From Mytilus californianus (lineage: Eukaryota), in the NCBI RefSeq assembly GCF_021869535.1, contig NW_026262604.1:6262001-6326000 (forward strand): DNA of 64,000 nt, in the 5' to 3' direction. A program made the translations under genes and the position numbers. Below the pieces are notes generated by a model that had not been told where the DNA came from, did no database searches, and saw nothing but the letters and a program-made list of their open reading frames with translations. Positions 62,158-64,000 of the stretch are shown one piece after another (position 1 is the stretch's first letter; each line of letters opens with the position of its first letter).

Positions 62158-63372
62158 TTATTTTTTACATTTTGGACAAAGCCACTTTCCCCTTGGTTTC
62201 CTTACAATGTTAACACATTGATAATGGAACCATCCAATATCACATGAGTCTCCATCACAAAAAATCATCTTGCCATATTCTGGTTCTTCACACAAGCAAT
62301 ACTTCTCTTTTGTGACGTCATTGACTGAAGTGTTGGCTACTTTATAATCATGTAGCAATTTCCTGGTAAGTAGCTCTGGGATTAATAGCTCTTTAACAAA
62401 GTAAGTGCACTTACTTATTAAATGATTACAAAACTCAGGATCCCTGCAAATTCTAACAATAGCAAGCAAAATAACATCATTAGGACTTGTCATTACAACA
62501 AAATCACAATAATCAGTGTCATAGACAAACATCTGTAACTGAACCTGAGTGTAATATTTGTGGTTATTTTTCAAGTGTAAGTTTGTGTCCAAACAAAATG
62601 TAGGGTCTTGATTTGCAGCTTCTATTGAAGTTTTGTCTTTATGCTTGTGGGGACATTTAATCTCAAGGGTTCCTTGTCCACAACAATTGCATGAAATCAC
62701 ACCATCAGCTGAAGCACCAAGAAAATAATTTTTTTCAGATATCTTCAACCCAGATAATTTACACTCAAAATTTGTATGTTTTTTTTCCATATATTGGATG
62801 TAGGCATCTCTGGTTGTTGCTTCATTTTCCAGCCCCCATTTTATGGCCTCTTTTTTACTGAGATCATATGAGTTGTATCCTGCAAGTCTCATGATCAATT
62901 TATTAGGATTTGTAGTTGGTCTTAATGTTAAAACCTCATGAGCTTTTGAAGCTGTTATTCGACCTTTTCTGTGTTCAAACCAAAGGGTACTTATATTTTG
63001 AGATTCAGTAATTTTGAATAAATTTGCAGATTGAGAAGTTGAGCAATGATAGTTCCTAAAAAGTTGATCTGATTTGTTGATTAATTCCTGTTCAGTTAGT
63101 TCTTTATTAATGACATCATAATAACTTGTAAGAGGTCTAGGTAATTTTTCTTCTTTTGTATGTTTAACCTTGACTGATGTTTCTCTAGTTACTTCATCAT
63201 TCATTGGAGGCATGAGAGAAAAGAATGCAGCATTAGGACACACCTTAGAGAAAGATTCTAACACATCTTTGCCTGGTAATGGATCTTTGCTTGATGGTAT
63301 AACACATTCCAATTTTTTTTTTCTGTTACTGTTCATAAGGTGCTGTATATCCATAATTGAGCTGACATCAAC
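62158..63372 (-). CDS. Terminal exon of YqaJ/lambda-exonuclease-domain protein with C-terminal PHD finger
   Basis: WFEHRKGRITAS, WGLENE, LGASADG, LEIKCP and YYTQVQLQM (PD-(D/E)xK); YCLC..MIFCD..C..GWFHYQCV..KWLCPKC (PHD); in-frame acceptor TTAG at 63373. Confidence 0.92.
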   Translation of the reverse strand, partial: VDVSSIMDIQHLMNSNRKKKLECVIPSSKDPLPGKDVLESFSKVCPNAAFFSLMPPMNDEVTRETSVKVKHTKEEKLPRPLTSYYDVINKELTEQELINKSDQLFRNYHCSTSQSANLFKITESQNISTLWFEHRKGRITASKAHEVLTLRPTTNPNKLIMRLAGYNSYDLSKKEAIKWGLENEATTRDAYIQYMEKKHTNFECKLSGLKISEKNYFLGASADGVISCNCCGQGTLEIKCPHKHKDKTSIEAANQDPTFCLDTNLHLKNNHKYYTQVQLQMFVYDTDYCDFVVMTSPNDVILLAIVRICRDPEFCNHLISKCTYFVKELLIPELLTRKLLHDYKVANTSVNDVTKEKYCLCEEPEYGKMIFCDGDSCDIGWFHYQCVNIVRKPRGKWLCPKCKK

Positions 63373-63621
63373 CTAACAACACAAAGATATCAATTTTTAG
63401 CTTACCGGCCCAAAAGGCCAAGTGAGATTTTCCCATCTCTTGGCATCTGTCGTCGTCCATTAACTTTACCACAAATCTCTCTGTAATTACTGGGCCAAAT
63501 TTAAACAGACTTTTGAGTTATCTTTCCCTTGTTGAGAGTTTTTCGGACTGTTTAAACTCAATTTTAAAGTAAAAACAGTTAAGTAACAGAGTCAAGTATT
63601 TATTAAATAATTCTTTTTTTT

Positions 63622-64000
63622 TTTGTATGCTTTACAGTTTCTGTACATAAATAACTTGAGAAAACCAGTGTTGTATTTTCAACTTATACAAGACTCCAAC
63701 CTTAATTAAGAATTAATAAGTGTTATCACTCTTTGTACACCTGATATAGACTACACTTGATAACTTTGTATAGTTTATTGTACATGTATTATTGTCTTAT
63801 TAATCATTATAATCAGTTGAAAGATTTGCAAGTGTTTGTGAATAAGTTATATATTTTTTTCATGCTTGTAATGATTCATTTGTTTAATAAGTTTATTGTA
63901 AAGTTGAAGTGACATAACTTTTTGTATGCTTTACAGTTTCTGTATATAAATAACTTGAGAAAACCAGTCTTGTATTTTCAATTTTATATACAACACTCCA
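63622..64000. repeat. ~80-bp direct repeat, ~297-bp spacing
   Basis: TGTATGCTTTACAGTTTCTGTA.ATAAATAACTTGAGAAAACCAGT at ~63625 and ~63923. Confidence 0.75.

Larger units (their letters stand above)
52303..64000 (+). mobile_element. Large intron-containing ISL2EU-type (PIF/Harbinger-related) element; right end outside the window
   Basis: Convergent THAP-DDE and YqaJ-PHD genes. Candidate left end AT|AAGGAGGTTTTATCGATGACGTCA; the second TIR is not visible, so this boundary is tentative. Confidence 0.7.

Overview
AT-rich (~2/3 A+T), repeat-dense animal genomic DNA. The repeat landscape (HINE/DINE-1-like elements, V-domain-type SINE, Penelope-type fragments) suggests a bivalve mollusc, probably Mytilus; this is inferred from recall, not from a search. 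Host coding content is a small cluster of poly-C2H2 zinc-finger genes: ZNF-A 5406-6518 (-), ZNF-B 14577-16634 (-), ZNF-D 43030-44547 (+), plus a frameshifted partial duplicate of ZNF-B (10147-10973). From ~52303 to the window end lies a large intron-containing PIF/Harbinger-related (ISL2EU-type) element. It has a THAP+DDE transposase gene on + (THAP exon frameshifted, DDE exon intact) and a convergent YqaJ/lambda-exonuclease + ING-like PHD gene on -. Its introns hold nested MITEs, HINEs and a degenerate hammerhead ribozyme. The rest is HINEs with 166- and 192-bp core arrays, two internally deleted LINEs, two tRNA-derived SINEs, many MITEs with readable target-site duplications (AT, TAA, 5, 6, 8 and 10 bp), several minisatellites, and a ~500-bp inverted-repeat pair 5 kb apart. 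No rRNA, true tRNA or CRISPR features were seen. Repeat boundaries were read by eye and may be off by several bases.
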